64,000 nucleotides of DNA, taken from the NCBI GenBank assembly GCA_964549865.1, contig CAZJYB010000002.1:512-64511 (forward strand). The letters are read 5' to 3'. This DNA is from an uncultured Anaerolineaceae bacterium. Its GTDB lineage: Bacteria; Chloroflexota; Anaerolineae; Anaerolineales; Villigracilaceae. Positions 38,823-48,229 of the stretch are shown here, piece after piece. Both the position numbers and the translations under genes were made by a program. Position 1 is the first letter of the stretch; every line of letters begins with the position of its first letter. The notes below the pieces were generated by a model. It had not been told where the DNA came from and did not search any database. It worked only from the letters and a program-made list of their open reading frames with translations.

Positions 38823-40916
38823 ATGAAACGATCAGAAAAAATCCTATTTACCTTATATGCATTTGTATTACTTGCAGGTTCTTGCATCGATTTTTTTGAC
38901 ATTGCCTGGGGTACGGGCATATGGCTTGGCGAATTTGCGCTGACCTGGGCGATGCTGTTCGCCTTCTTTTGCTTCTGCTGTCTGTTGGCCTTCATTCCAA
39001 TAGTTCAGATTATTTGGAATGACAAAAGCTTTAATACCCTCGTTGGCAGATTAATTGTTTTTCGCAGCGATCTAAAGCGTGGACGCTGGCTATTCGCTGC
39101 AATTGTCTTTATTTTTCCTCTATGGTTGCTTCAATTTACGGTATTGGGAATTGTCTTCCAAGGCTTGTTTTTAAGATTAAGTTTATGGACTCTTGAACTG
39201 TTTTTTCTTTCGTTTTTATTTACAACAAAAAAAGATGCCCTGATCGATTGGAAGGTTTTCCTGTTTTGTCTTGTGTTGACGGCAGGTTCTTTTTCAGTGT
39301 TGGCCTCCTTGAAACTTGTTACCGATTATCCGTTTTCTCTGGGATGGTCCGAGGGAAATCGTCTTTGGGATTATTCGATCTTATTTGGTCGTGCGAGATA
39401 TGATTATCCTGATGGGCAAAAAATAGATGTCCTCCTTGAAACGGGCAGGCAAATGGTCGGTGGCCTGCCGTTTTTAATACCCGGTCTTACCATTAAAATG
39501 GAAAGAATGTGGGTTGGGCTTGTCTCCATTTTGCCCTATATTTTATTAGGCCTGGTTGTTTTTCGCCCGTTTGCTCGTGAAAAATATATCTGGCTGAGTG
39601 CAGTGTTATGGGCATACCTTTTCCTGAAGCAAGGGCCCATAAATCCCTCGCTTGTTCTATGCGCAGTTTTGGTTGCTTTTGCATGGAGGCACAAGCTTTG
39701 GCTTTCAGGTTTACTGGTTGTACTTGCAAGTTATGCAGCATATATAAGCAGGTATACATGGACCTTTGCGCCCGCCATGTGGTTTGTTCTGCTTGAATTC
39801 CTGGATGCCCCGCCTGCCGATGGGAATAAATTTCATTTGACGCCAAGAATTCGTTCATTCCTGCAGCTGTTTGCCTTCGGCCTGATTGGCGCTTTTTTTG
39901 TTTTGGGCGCGCTGTTTTATTTTCAACCAGGTGGCCCAGTGGATGTTTTGGGATTTTTTCGTACTTTGGAAATATCCCCTGAAAACGTGCGGGAGAAAAT
40001 ATCCCAACAGGCTCTTCTATGGTATCGCCTGCTGCCCAATGAAACCTATGGGAATGGCATCCTGATAGGCCTGGTTCTTGCCGTTCTACCTCTTATTCTT
40101 ATATTGCTTTATCTTTTGATGTTCAGAAAATGGAGCATCAATATTTGGCAGAAGTGGACGATGGTTCTCTGCCTGCTTGCTTTTTTGCTGGTTGGTCTGG
40201 TTGTTAGCACTAAAATTGGAGGCGGCGGTGATCTGCACAATATGGATATGCTTCTGATCGGATTGTTTTTTGTGGCGCTTGTTGTCTTTTACAATGGGGG
40301 CAAGGATTGGTTGCAAAACAGCCAGCTTGAACCTTTGTGGATTAAAGCTGCGCTTGTATTTTTGATCGCCATTCCTGCGATTGGACCTTTACAGGAACTG
40401 CGATCGTATAATTCTGGCAGTGCTGCACCCTGGCTTGTTGCGCTTACCGACGCGTCCAATGAAAGGGCCCTGGATATATATCCATCGGAGCAGGTAATTC
40501 AGGAATCGTTAAATGCGATTCAACATGAAGTCGATCTGGCAAAAGTGCAGGGCGAGGTCCTTTTTATGGATCAGAGACAGTTATTAACCTTTGGGTTTAT
40601 AGATAACGTGCCACTTGTCCCTGATTATGACAAAAAGGTCTTGATGGAACGGGCGCTTACAAAAAACCGCGGCTACTTTCAGGAATTTTACAGGGATTTG
40701 GAGGAAGGCAGGTTTTCTCTCATTGTTGTCCAGCCGTTGAATACGCCAAGAAAAGGAAGCGATTTTGAGTTTGGTGAAGAGAACAATGCGTGGGTAAAAT
40801 GGGTCGCCAACCCATTGTTGTGCTTTTACGAAATCAGGCAGACATTGATCGATGTAAATGTACAGCTGCTGGTCCCAGGATCGCTTCCGATGGATTGTGC
40901 TGAAACCCTGCCCTGA
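38823..40916 (+). CDS. Polytopic membrane protein with a soluble C-terminal domain; unassigned family (paralog B)
   Basis: This 697-aa protein is colinear with 36600-38795 over its full length. Confidence 0.5.
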   Translation: MKRSEKILFTLYAFVLLAGSCIDFFDIAWGTGIWLGEFALTWAMLFAFFCFCCLLAFIPIVQIIWNDKSFNTLVGRLIVFRSDLKRGRWLFAAIVFIFPLWLLQFTVLGIVFQGLFLRLSLWTLELFFLSFLFTTKKDALIDWKVFLFCLVLTAGSFSVLASLKLVTDYPFSLGWSEGNRLWDYSILFGRARYDYPDGQKIDVLLETGRQMVGGLPFLIPGLTIKMERMWVGLVSILPYILLGLVVFRPFAREKYIWLSAVLWAYLFLKQGPINPSLVLCAVLVAFAWRHKLWLSGLLVVLASYAAYISRYTWTFAPAMWFVLLEFLDAPPADGNKFHLTPRIRSFLQLFAFGLIGAFFVLGALFYFQPGGPVDVLGFFRTLEISPENVREKISQQALLWYRLLPNETYGNGILIGLVLAVLPLILILLYLLMFRKWSINIWQKWTMVLCLLAFLLVGLVVSTKIGGGGDLHNMDMLLIGLFFVALVVFYNGGKDWLQNSQLEPLWIKAALVFLIAIPAIGPLQELRSYNSGSAAPWLVALTDASNERALDIYPSEQVIQESLNAIQHEVDLAKVQGEVLFMDQRQLLTFGFIDNVPLVPDYDKKVLMERALTKNRGYFQEFYRDLEEGRFSLIVVQPLNTPRKGSDFEFGEENNAWVKWVANPLLCFYEIRQTLIDVNVQLLVPGSLPMDCAETLP

Positions 40917-40929
40917 GAAGGACGTGCCA

Positions 40930-41757
40930 GTGAATTTTCAATATTTCTTGTTGCGATTGTTTCGCCATTTTATGCCGGAAGGCGTTGCGCGTTTTCTATT
41001 GAAGCGCAGGTGGATCATTCGTCCCGGCCTTGAATCAAGGGACCCGCTGGCGGCGGTCGAAAAATATGTTCAAGCACTGGGAGTCTATGGCAAATCGATC
41101 CAGGGTAAACGCATCCTTGTTTTTGGTTACGGCGGACGTTTTGCTGTCGGTGTGGAACTGCTGCGGCGGGGGGCAGCACATGTCGTGCTCTGTGATCACT
41201 ATGTGCTGCTGGATACGGAGCGTAATTTGGAGTTGCTCCCCGCATATTCAGATTATCTGATTGTTGAGACGGGGTATGTAAAACCACATGCGGATTTTAT
41301 CACCCTGCTTCATGGTGATATTCGGGATCCGCTGATCCAGACGCAGATTTTGGCCGTTGACATTGTGCTAAGTACATCTGTCTATGAACACCTGGAGGAT
41401 GTGGATGGAATTACACGTGCCCTGGCCAGGTTGACCACGCTGCAGGGCGCCCAATTGCACTTTGTGGATTTACGGGATCATTATTTTACATACCCCTTTG
41501 AAATGCTCACGTTCTCCGAGAATATGTGGAGGAATTTTCTCAACCCCACGAGCAATCTCAATCGCTTTCGGTTCCATGATTACCGTAAAGTGTTTGATGC
41601 GTACTTTCAAAAAACCGATATTATTATTTTAGATCGCCAGCAGGCCGAATTTAACGCCAGGCGTTCGCGCATTCGCCCCGAATTTCTTACAGGCGATGCC
41701 TCCATGGATTCTGTGACATTGATTCAAATCCTTGCCGAGTCCCCGGCCTCCACATGA
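40930..41757 (+). CDS. Class I SAM-dependent methyltransferase
   Basis: Motifs seen are ILVFGYGGRFAVG and IVLSTSVYEHLEDVDG. I chose GTG 40930 because GAAGGA lies 7 nt upstream, but the start is uncertain. Confidence 0.6.
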   Translation: MNFQYFLLRLFRHFMPEGVARFLLKRRWIIRPGLESRDPLAAVEKYVQALGVYGKSIQGKRILVFGYGGRFAVGVELLRRGAAHVVLCDHYVLLDTERNLELLPAYSDYLIVETGYVKPHADFITLLHGDIRDPLIQTQILAVDIVLSTSVYEHLEDVDGITRALARLTTLQGAQLHFVDLRDHYFTYPFEMLTFSENMWRNFLNPTSNLNRFRFHDYRKVFDAYFQKTDIIILDRQQAEFNARRSRIRPEFLTGDASMDSVTLIQILAESPAST

Positions 41758-44303
41758 GTATGCTCAAGAACAGGCTTTTTCTTCTTAAGATATTTTTATT
41801 ATTCGCGACCATCGAAAGTATGGTCGCATTATTTGTTCTCGCCTCGATCCCTTCGGATTCAAAAAATGCAATATTTTTTGGTTTCTCCACTTCGCGCCTC
41901 TTATTAATTGGCGTCGTCTTCATAATTTTCTTGACGGCAACTGGCCTGCTGGGGTGGTTGCATATTTCCCGGTCGAAAACAGACCGCTTAATGGATTTTA
42001 TGAGTGTTTTTTTATCCGATCACAAAAAACACCAGGCCCTTGTATTTGTTTTTGGTTCGATCATAATATTCGGCGGGGTATTCCTGCTTATCCCGGCCGA
42101 AAGACTTGGCGAAGCCATGGTTCAGCGCGTCATCCCTGTGGTGGTGTTGGGAATGCTGCTTGCAATTCAGGTGCTTGTTTTTCAGTTTTTATGGTTGGAG
42201 AGAAAAATATATTGGGAACAGCTCCTGCGATGGAAACACGAGTTTTCGATTGCGGGAATTGTGCTTGTTTTTTTCATTTTGTTATGGATCTTGATGGCAT
42301 GGAGCGGTATTGGGGTTCGGCCCGAGCCAAGCGGGTGGTTCCCACCTGGCACCCCGCTGCTTGCTCAACAAGTTTTGTGTGCATGGATTATTGGCTTTGG
42401 GGTCGCTTTCTTCGGTATGCGGCTAAATCGATCCAGTGAATTGAATAAATTTGATTACATCATCGTGTCTGTCCTGTGGCTGGTGGCGGGTTTGATCTGG
42501 TGGGCCGAACCTCTGCAGCGCTCGAGTTATTTCGCGCCGGACCCGACACCGCCGAATTTTGAATACTATCCCTATTCAGACGCGGCACTTTATGACGAAT
42601 TCTCCCAAAATATTTTGATCGGTACAAGCCGGCGGGTGGGCCTGACGCACCGTCCGCTATATTCGTTCTTTCTTGCATTGTTGCATGGACTTGCAGGACA
42701 AAAATTTGAAACAGTCATATTCTTTCAGGTCTTCAGCGTGGCACTTATGGTGGTCTTTATATATTTGCTCGCATCCAATCTCGGAGGGCGGCCCGCCGGT
42801 ATAGTTGCGGGGTTGCTGCTGATATTTCGTGAGAGAAATTCCATAGCCTTGACCAATATTATTGAGGTCTCGCACGTTAAATTGATCATGTCTGATGTGC
42901 CGACGATGATGCTGCTGCTCATGTTCATATACTTTTTTGTCAGGTGGCTTCAAGACGAGCGCGGCCGATATTATCTTGGCGCACTGGCAGGCGTGCTCTT
43001 TGGTTTTACCATTCTTATTCGCAGCCAGGCGCAGTTATTGATCCCGATTGCCTTGTTGGGAATTGCGATCTCGAAATGGGATGGTTGGAAGTCGGTCCTT
43101 AAAAAGTCGCTGATCTTTTTGTTCGGGCTGTTGGTTGTTGTTGCACCGTGGGTGTGGAGAAACTATCAAGTATCTGGAAATGTGGTTGTTGAATATCAGG
43201 AGTTTTATACGCGCATCATTGCGAGCGGATATTCGTCATCTCCCCATGATATCGATATGTTGCCCGGCGAATCCGTTGAGCAGTATAAGGCCAGGATGAA
43301 GTCGCTGATTATCGGCTTTATCATCGATCGTCCATGGGAAGTGGCGCGCTTCTATTCCTCATATTTTCTTCATAACGAAATTTCGTCGGTTGTTTACCTG
43401 CCCATGTCGCCTCAATTCCAGGACATACATGCTTATGTCAAACAAATGGATTTTTGGGGCAGTACCCCTCTGGGAATGCCTCCGCCGGGAACCCTGCCCA
43501 TGTTCCTTTTATCTCTTGGGTTGATTGCAGTGGGGATTGGAACCGCCTTTTCGCGTGCACGCTGGGCAGGCCTGATGCCACTCTTTTTTCATCTTGGTTA
43601 TAGCTTTAGTGTAGTGCCCGTGCGCATGTCTGGGTGGCGGTTCATTCTGCCTGTGGACTGGGTTTCAGCCTTGTACTTCAGTATTGGCTTGATGCAAATC
43701 ACGATCATCTTGCTGGCGTTATTCTCCGGCAAGCCCGGGTTGAATTTTTTCATTAATGGAGAGTATCAAACTGAATCACAAACTATTGTTTGGAAACGAA
43801 CAGGGCTGGTGCTGGCTGTGTGCGCATTGATCGGCCTGTCTTTTCCGTTACTGGAATGGGGCATACCTGAACGTTATCCTCGTTTGAGCTCCACCGAGCT
43901 GGTCCAGACGTACGCACCGCATGGATTTGTGATGGATGGTGGAGAAACGGTCACTCTCGCAGCGTTGAAAACTTTCCTCGAAACAGAAGCAGGTTCAACG
44001 GTCCTGTACGGACGCGCTCTTTACCCTGCTTATTATGAGCAGGGGGAGTTTTGGGGCGAGGCCAGCCCCAACTTGATCGATGCCAGCCAATACGATCGTT
44101 TACAATTAAATTTGATCGGCCCTGATAATGCATTTGTTTACATCCCCATGCAGGACGTGCCACTATATTTTCCGCATGCTTCCGATGTTTTTATTGTGGG
44201 TTGTATGCAGGGGAACAGCGTACGGGCTTTGCTGGTCAAAGTGAACGATCGTTGGTTAATATCCTCCGCTTTCCATGGGTTGACATGTTCTATGTTGGAG
44301 TGA
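41754..44303 (+). CDS. GT-C fold membrane glycosyltransferase (GT39/PMT_2-like), paralog of 48230-50797
   Basis: It is an 849-aa protein with many TM helices. It has the loop motif PNFEYYPYSDAALYDEFSQNILIG, and its C-terminal domain is shared with the paralog. Confidence 0.6.
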   Translation: MSMLKNRLFLLKIFLLFATIESMVALFVLASIPSDSKNAIFFGFSTSRLLLIGVVFIIFLTATGLLGWLHISRSKTDRLMDFMSVFLSDHKKHQALVFVFGSIIIFGGVFLLIPAERLGEAMVQRVIPVVVLGMLLAIQVLVFQFLWLERKIYWEQLLRWKHEFSIAGIVLVFFILLWILMAWSGIGVRPEPSGWFPPGTPLLAQQVLCAWIIGFGVAFFGMRLNRSSELNKFDYIIVSVLWLVAGLIWWAEPLQRSSYFAPDPTPPNFEYYPYSDAALYDEFSQNILIGTSRRVGLTHRPLYSFFLALLHGLAGQKFETVIFFQVFSVALMVVFIYLLASNLGGRPAGIVAGLLLIFRERNSIALTNIIEVSHVKLIMSDVPTMMLLLMFIYFFVRWLQDERGRYYLGALAGVLFGFTILIRSQAQLLIPIALLGIAISKWDGWKSVLKKSLIFLFGLLVVVAPWVWRNYQVSGNVVVEYQEFYTRIIASGYSSSPHDIDMLPGESVEQYKARMKSLIIGFIIDRPWEVARFYSSYFLHNEISSVVYLPMSPQFQDIHAYVKQMDFWGSTPLGMPPPGTLPMFLLSLGLIAVGIGTAFSRARWAGLMPLFFHLGYSFSVVPVRMSGWRFILPVDWVSALYFSIGLMQITIILLALFSGKPGLNFFINGEYQTESQTIVWKRTGLVLAVCALIGLSFPLLEWGIPERYPRLSSTELVQTYAPHGFVMDGGETVTLAALKTFLETEAGSTVLYGRALYPAYYEQGEFWGEASPNLIDASQYDRLQLNLIGPDNAFVYIPMQDVPLYFPHASDVFIVGCMQGNSVRALLVKVNDRWLISSAFHGLTCSMLE

Positions 44304-44316
44304 GGTTGGAGCAGGA

Positions 44317-45960
44317 ATGTTGATGAAGTTTTCAGTTTTTCTCGAACGATACGAAAAAACCATCCCGATATTTTTATTCCTTTTGTTCCTGGCGGTTTCC
44401 ATTCCAGGGGCAAATTGGGGCGTTCCCGCGCTTTGGAACCCGGATGAAATGGTCTGGCGCGTGGATAGCGCCTTGCGCGGCGAGATTGTGTTTGACGAGA
44501 CGGAACCTGATTATAACTATCCATCCCTGCCAAAATACATTATGTTTGGAATTGGGAAGATCGTATATGGGCTTGGATATTCCCGCTCTATATTTTTTAT
44601 CTCGGCCCGTGTATTTTCCGCGATACTAGGCGCCGTGGGTGCGGTTCTTATTTATTATTTGACACGAACCATCGGCGCAAAAGTCTCAACTTCTGCATTG
44701 GCCGGGTTGCTTTATATTGCAAGTGGTCTGGCGCCTGCGAATGGGCGATTTGCACATAACGATCTGTATCTGCAATTATTTTCCATTCTTTGTGTTACCT
44801 TTGCGATAAAGTATCAATATACCAAATCCAGGTTGTGGATTTACGCCTCATTTCTTGCTGTTGGTTTGGCCGCTTCCAGCAAGTTTACGGGTGGAACTCT
44901 TCTACTTGTACCTTTGTTTGTTCTGGTCGTAATGAATTGGCACGCAGTCCGACGGGACGGGTTGCGTTCGTTGGAAACATTGTTGATCAGCGCGGGGTTA
45001 TGTTTTGGTGGTTATGTGATCGGCACCCCCAAGGCCCTGTTATGGATGGCGTATTATTTTAAACGGGTCATCCCTGCTCTTCAACGTTATCCCTTGTATG
45101 GTCAAAATTCTGGAAGTCCGATTGGGTTACTTGGGCAGTGGGCAGTGTTTGAGCAAGCTGTAGGTACATTCGCTTATTATTTATTCATTGGATGTTTTCT
45201 CTGGTTTGGGGTCAAGTTGGTCTTGTGGAGCTTGGGAAAAACAAAAATGGAGCAAGGGCAGGTGCAGGCGATTATTATCCTGATCGTTGCCCTGATTATT
45301 TTTGACATCCCTTTCCTGGTGTCCATTAATTATATTCCGCGTTATTTCATTCCATTTGTTCCATTTCTGGCCATTCTTGCGTCATTGTTCGTGGCGGATC
45401 TTTTAGAATTGGCTGAAAATAGAAGCTGGAAGTTTGTATCTGCCGCGATCGCCATCCTGCTCGTTGTTGGGATTTCGTATTCCTTTTTACGTTTGGTCAG
45501 CACTGCTTTATTGTTTATGAATGATGCACGCATGCCGGCCGGTGAATATATCGCAACAATACCCGGCGAAAATAAAACAATAGAATACACCCTCTATCCG
45601 CCAATCGTTAATAAAGCGCAATTCTTGAAAGCGCGTAACTACCCCATTTTTTTTGTGAAGTACCCCGGGGATATTGTGCCTACTGGAGGCAGGTTTGAAT
45701 ATAATCAGGGTGAGTTCGGTTTGATCGACCGCGAAGTGGATTACCTGGTAATCGATACATTTACATATTCAAGGTTTTATACCGATTCCATCTGTGATAC
45801 CAACCCCATGGAGTGCGATTTTTTCAAGCGTTTGCTTGCGGGTCAGGTGACGACATTCCGTTTGCTAGGGGAATTTACCTATACGCTGCCGCCCTATCTG
45901 CCAAAGGTTTCCATCTCGGCTGTTAATCCTGAGATACGTGTTTACGAACGGGTCCCTTGA
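44317..45960 (+). CDS. GT-C fold membrane glycosyltransferase (GT39/GT83-like)
   Basis: It has the first-loop motif WNPDEMVWRVDS, YPSLPKYIMFGIG, and multiple TM helices. Confidence 0.6.
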   Translation: MLMKFSVFLERYEKTIPIFLFLLFLAVSIPGANWGVPALWNPDEMVWRVDSALRGEIVFDETEPDYNYPSLPKYIMFGIGKIVYGLGYSRSIFFISARVFSAILGAVGAVLIYYLTRTIGAKVSTSALAGLLYIASGLAPANGRFAHNDLYLQLFSILCVTFAIKYQYTKSRLWIYASFLAVGLAASSKFTGGTLLLVPLFVLVVMNWHAVRRDGLRSLETLLISAGLCFGGYVIGTPKALLWMAYYFKRVIPALQRYPLYGQNSGSPIGLLGQWAVFEQAVGTFAYYLFIGCFLWFGVKLVLWSLGKTKMEQGQVQAIIILIVALIIFDIPFLVSINYIPRYFIPFVPFLAILASLFVADLLELAENRSWKFVSAAIAILLVVGISYSFLRLVSTALLFMNDARMPAGEYIATIPGENKTIEYTLYPPIVNKAQFLKARNYPIFFVKYPGDIVPTGGRFEYNQGEFGLIDREVDYLVIDTFTYSRFYTDSICDTNPMECDFFKRLLAGQVTTFRLLGEFTYTLPPYLPKVSISAVNPEIRVYERVP

Positions 45961-45972
45961 ATCATGCAATCG

Positions 45973-45996
45973 CAGTGACGGCAATGCAAGTCACTG
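45973..45996. terminator. Hairpin between convergent genes (CAGTGAC-N10-GTCACTG followed by TTT)
   Basis: It has a 7-bp stem in the 30-nt gap between the convergent stops. It overlaps the stop codon of the minus-strand gene, and the U-tract is short. Confidence 0.35.
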
Positions 45997-46635
45997 TTTG
46001 ATGAAATTCCCAACCTCGTAGACCACCCCGCCGATGGGTGGTGTGCTTTTCATTTGAACCACATGACCTTTTGAAAATGCCTTGTGGGCAGCCTGCGCGA
46101 TTTCTCTTTCAGTGGAGAAATGCTCCTCGCGGATATCATGCCCGAGCATGCGGAACATGAACACCATGAACGGCTTTTCCACGGGCGTTCCATAGACCAT
46201 CTGCCCACCCGGCTTGAGTACGCGTCGCACCTCGACGAAGGCCTGCTCCAGCTCGACCGGCTTCAGATGCTCCAATATACTTACCATTAGAACCGTGTCG
46301 AAAAAATTATCCGAATATGGCATTTTCAATACATCACCCTTCTCCAGAAATAAGGGAATATCGAGGGGTTCGAAAACGGACCTGACCGCTTGAATATCCG
46401 CGGTCAGGTCAATGCCGTGGATTTCCCTGTACATGTCATGCAGATTGGGGAAAGCCAGGCCTGTTCCAAAACCCACCTCGAGCACGCGTTCCCCCCCGTT
46501 ACATTCGTTCAGGGCCAATTCCACGCGCTGCCGATACATTCGGCCCAATACCGGCCAGTAATAATATTTAATAGGGTCATATTGATTGACGCCTTTATAT
46601 TGTTCGGCAGGTAACAGTTTTAATTTTGGCGGCAT
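45991..46635 (-). CDS. Class I SAM-dependent methyltransferase
   Basis: Motifs seen are VLEVGFGTGLAF, FDTVLMVSILEHL and LKPGGQMV. Confidence 0.8.
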   Translation of the reverse strand: MPPKLKLLPAEQYKGVNQYDPIKYYYWPVLGRMYRQRVELALNECNGGERVLEVGFGTGLAFPNLHDMYREIHGIDLTADIQAVRSVFEPLDIPLFLEKGDVLKMPYSDNFFDTVLMVSILEHLKPVELEQAFVEVRRVLKPGGQMVYGTPVEKPFMVFMFRMLGHDIREEHFSTEREIAQAAHKAFSKGHVVQMKSTPPIGGVVYEVGNFIKQ

Positions 46636-46697
46636 AAATATTCCTTGATTAATATGAACTTGCTTCCAGACGCATCGAACGTTGATATCGACGGCGG

Positions 46698-46731
46698 CAT
46701 GATTTTACCTGAATATTAAATATATGGCCAA
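46698..46731 (-). promoter_or_regulatory. Type-C motif TCAGGTAAAATCATG (minus strand) with an upstream TTGGCC
   Basis: The identical 15-mer recurs at 54270-54284 upstream of the other minus-strand gene. It contains the -10-like TAAAAT, and TTGGCC lies 18 nt upstream. Confidence 0.4.
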
Positions 46732-46931
46732 GCGACTTGTTTTAAATGTACACGCCAGGGCTGCCGGATCGTGAAGCGCACTGGAAAGCACGGGTTTTGG
46801 CATTAAAATAACCTTTAAGGTTTGGGCTTCCATATCTTGTTGATGGCATATCCTCATCATTTGCTTTAGTATAATGAAAATAACAAGGATGAAAGAGTTT
46901 ATAATTCAAAAACTGCGCAGACAGGGTGCCC

Positions 46932-47954
46932 ATGCAAACAAATAATGCAATCGACCAACCTCATTTTCGCTGGATAGACTTAATTCGTGCGCTCGCCGCG
47001 TTTTTGGTCATCCTTGCGCATGTTGAATATTCCGGGCCCGGTTCAAGCCTGGTCGGAATTTTTTATTACGCCCTTACGCGTGTGGCCGTTCCACTGTTTT
47101 TCATGGTTAGCGGATTTTTGTTGTTATCCAGAAACGAGTCTTATCTGGAGTTTTTTCGCAAACGCCTACTTAAGGTTTTTGTTCCATTCATCATATGGTC
47201 TGTGATCTACCTTGTATGGAAAGGGGAAAATCTCGATCAGCCGCTTTTCAGCATGTTAAAGAGCTATCTTGTGCGGATTGTTCGAGGCCCACGCGAAAAT
47301 CATTTATGGTTCTTTTACGAATTATTTGGTTTGTATTTATTTACTCCCATCCTGCGTGTCTATGTGCAGAAGGCCTCAATTAAAGATCTGCTTTATTTTT
47401 GTGGATTGTGGTTCTTGCTAACTCCATTGGCTAATTTAATGCAGGAATTCACGCCCATACAGATCGGTTTCGAATATTATTTCCTTAATGGTTATATTGG
47501 ATACTTTATATTTGGCTATTTGACGGCCAAATTACAATTCGATCGCTCCCATAAGTTGATTGCTCTGGCAGTTTTTTTTGTGCAACTTGTTGTGACCGTG
47601 ACCGCGATTTATCTGTCGCGCAATGATGGGATAAAAACCCAGTATTTCGAGGATTACCTCAGTGTCAATGTTGTTTTGATGTCCTGCTCGCTCTTTATTG
47701 CGCTGATCCAATTGCGTGTATCTGATTTTATTTATCGCATTGTCCTGCCATTAAGTCGCGCCAGTTTTGGAATCTATCTCGCGCATGTAATTGTGATGTT
47801 TCAATTCTTTTCGATCTATCCTTTTTCGATTTTACCCATGATCGGTTCGGCGATTTTCATGATTCCTCTTTTGGGATTGTTGGGATTTGGATTATCCTTT
47901 CTTCTGGTCTTTGTCCTGCAAAAGATACCCATTCTGAGGATTGCCGTACCTTAG
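46932..47954 (+). CDS. Acyltransferase family 3 membrane O-acyltransferase
   Basis: Motifs seen are RWIDLIRALAAFLVILAHV and VPLFFMVSGFLL, with about 10 TM helices. Confidence 0.8.
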   Translation: MQTNNAIDQPHFRWIDLIRALAAFLVILAHVEYSGPGSSLVGIFYYALTRVAVPLFFMVSGFLLLSRNESYLEFFRKRLLKVFVPFIIWSVIYLVWKGENLDQPLFSMLKSYLVRIVRGPRENHLWFFYELFGLYLFTPILRVYVQKASIKDLLYFCGLWFLLTPLANLMQEFTPIQIGFEYYFLNGYIGYFIFGYLTAKLQFDRSHKLIALAVFFVQLVVTVTAIYLSRNDGIKTQYFEDYLSVNVVLMSCSLFIALIQLRVSDFIYRIVLPLSRASFGIYLAHVIVMFQFFSIYPFSILPMIGSAIFMIPLLGLLGFGLSFLLVFVLQKIPILRIAVP

Positions 47955-48229
47955 GACGAAAATAATGGTTTCGTTCGTGTGAACGAAGTCATCGAACGGG
48001 GACTGGGTGCTGGATTGGATTTAACCGGCAATTCCATCTCGCGGTTCATATTTCATACTCTTTACAACAAATTGTTGTTCCTCCTTATTGGAAAAATGAA
48101 TTTTGCAATACTTTCGAATACCCTTCGGGTGTGATGGAATTCATAATATTAAACAAGGATATAATCAAATTTTTGAAATAACCCCGGCTATTTTGGCATG
48201 AATAACCGGATGTTAACCCTGGAGCGTTT

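Noticed and set aside
46742-46933. A 63-aa minus-strand ORF in the divergent intergenic region.
   Set aside because: It lies in an AT-rich promoter region between divergent genes. It has no RBS or domain, and it overlaps the start of the acyltransferase-3 gene.
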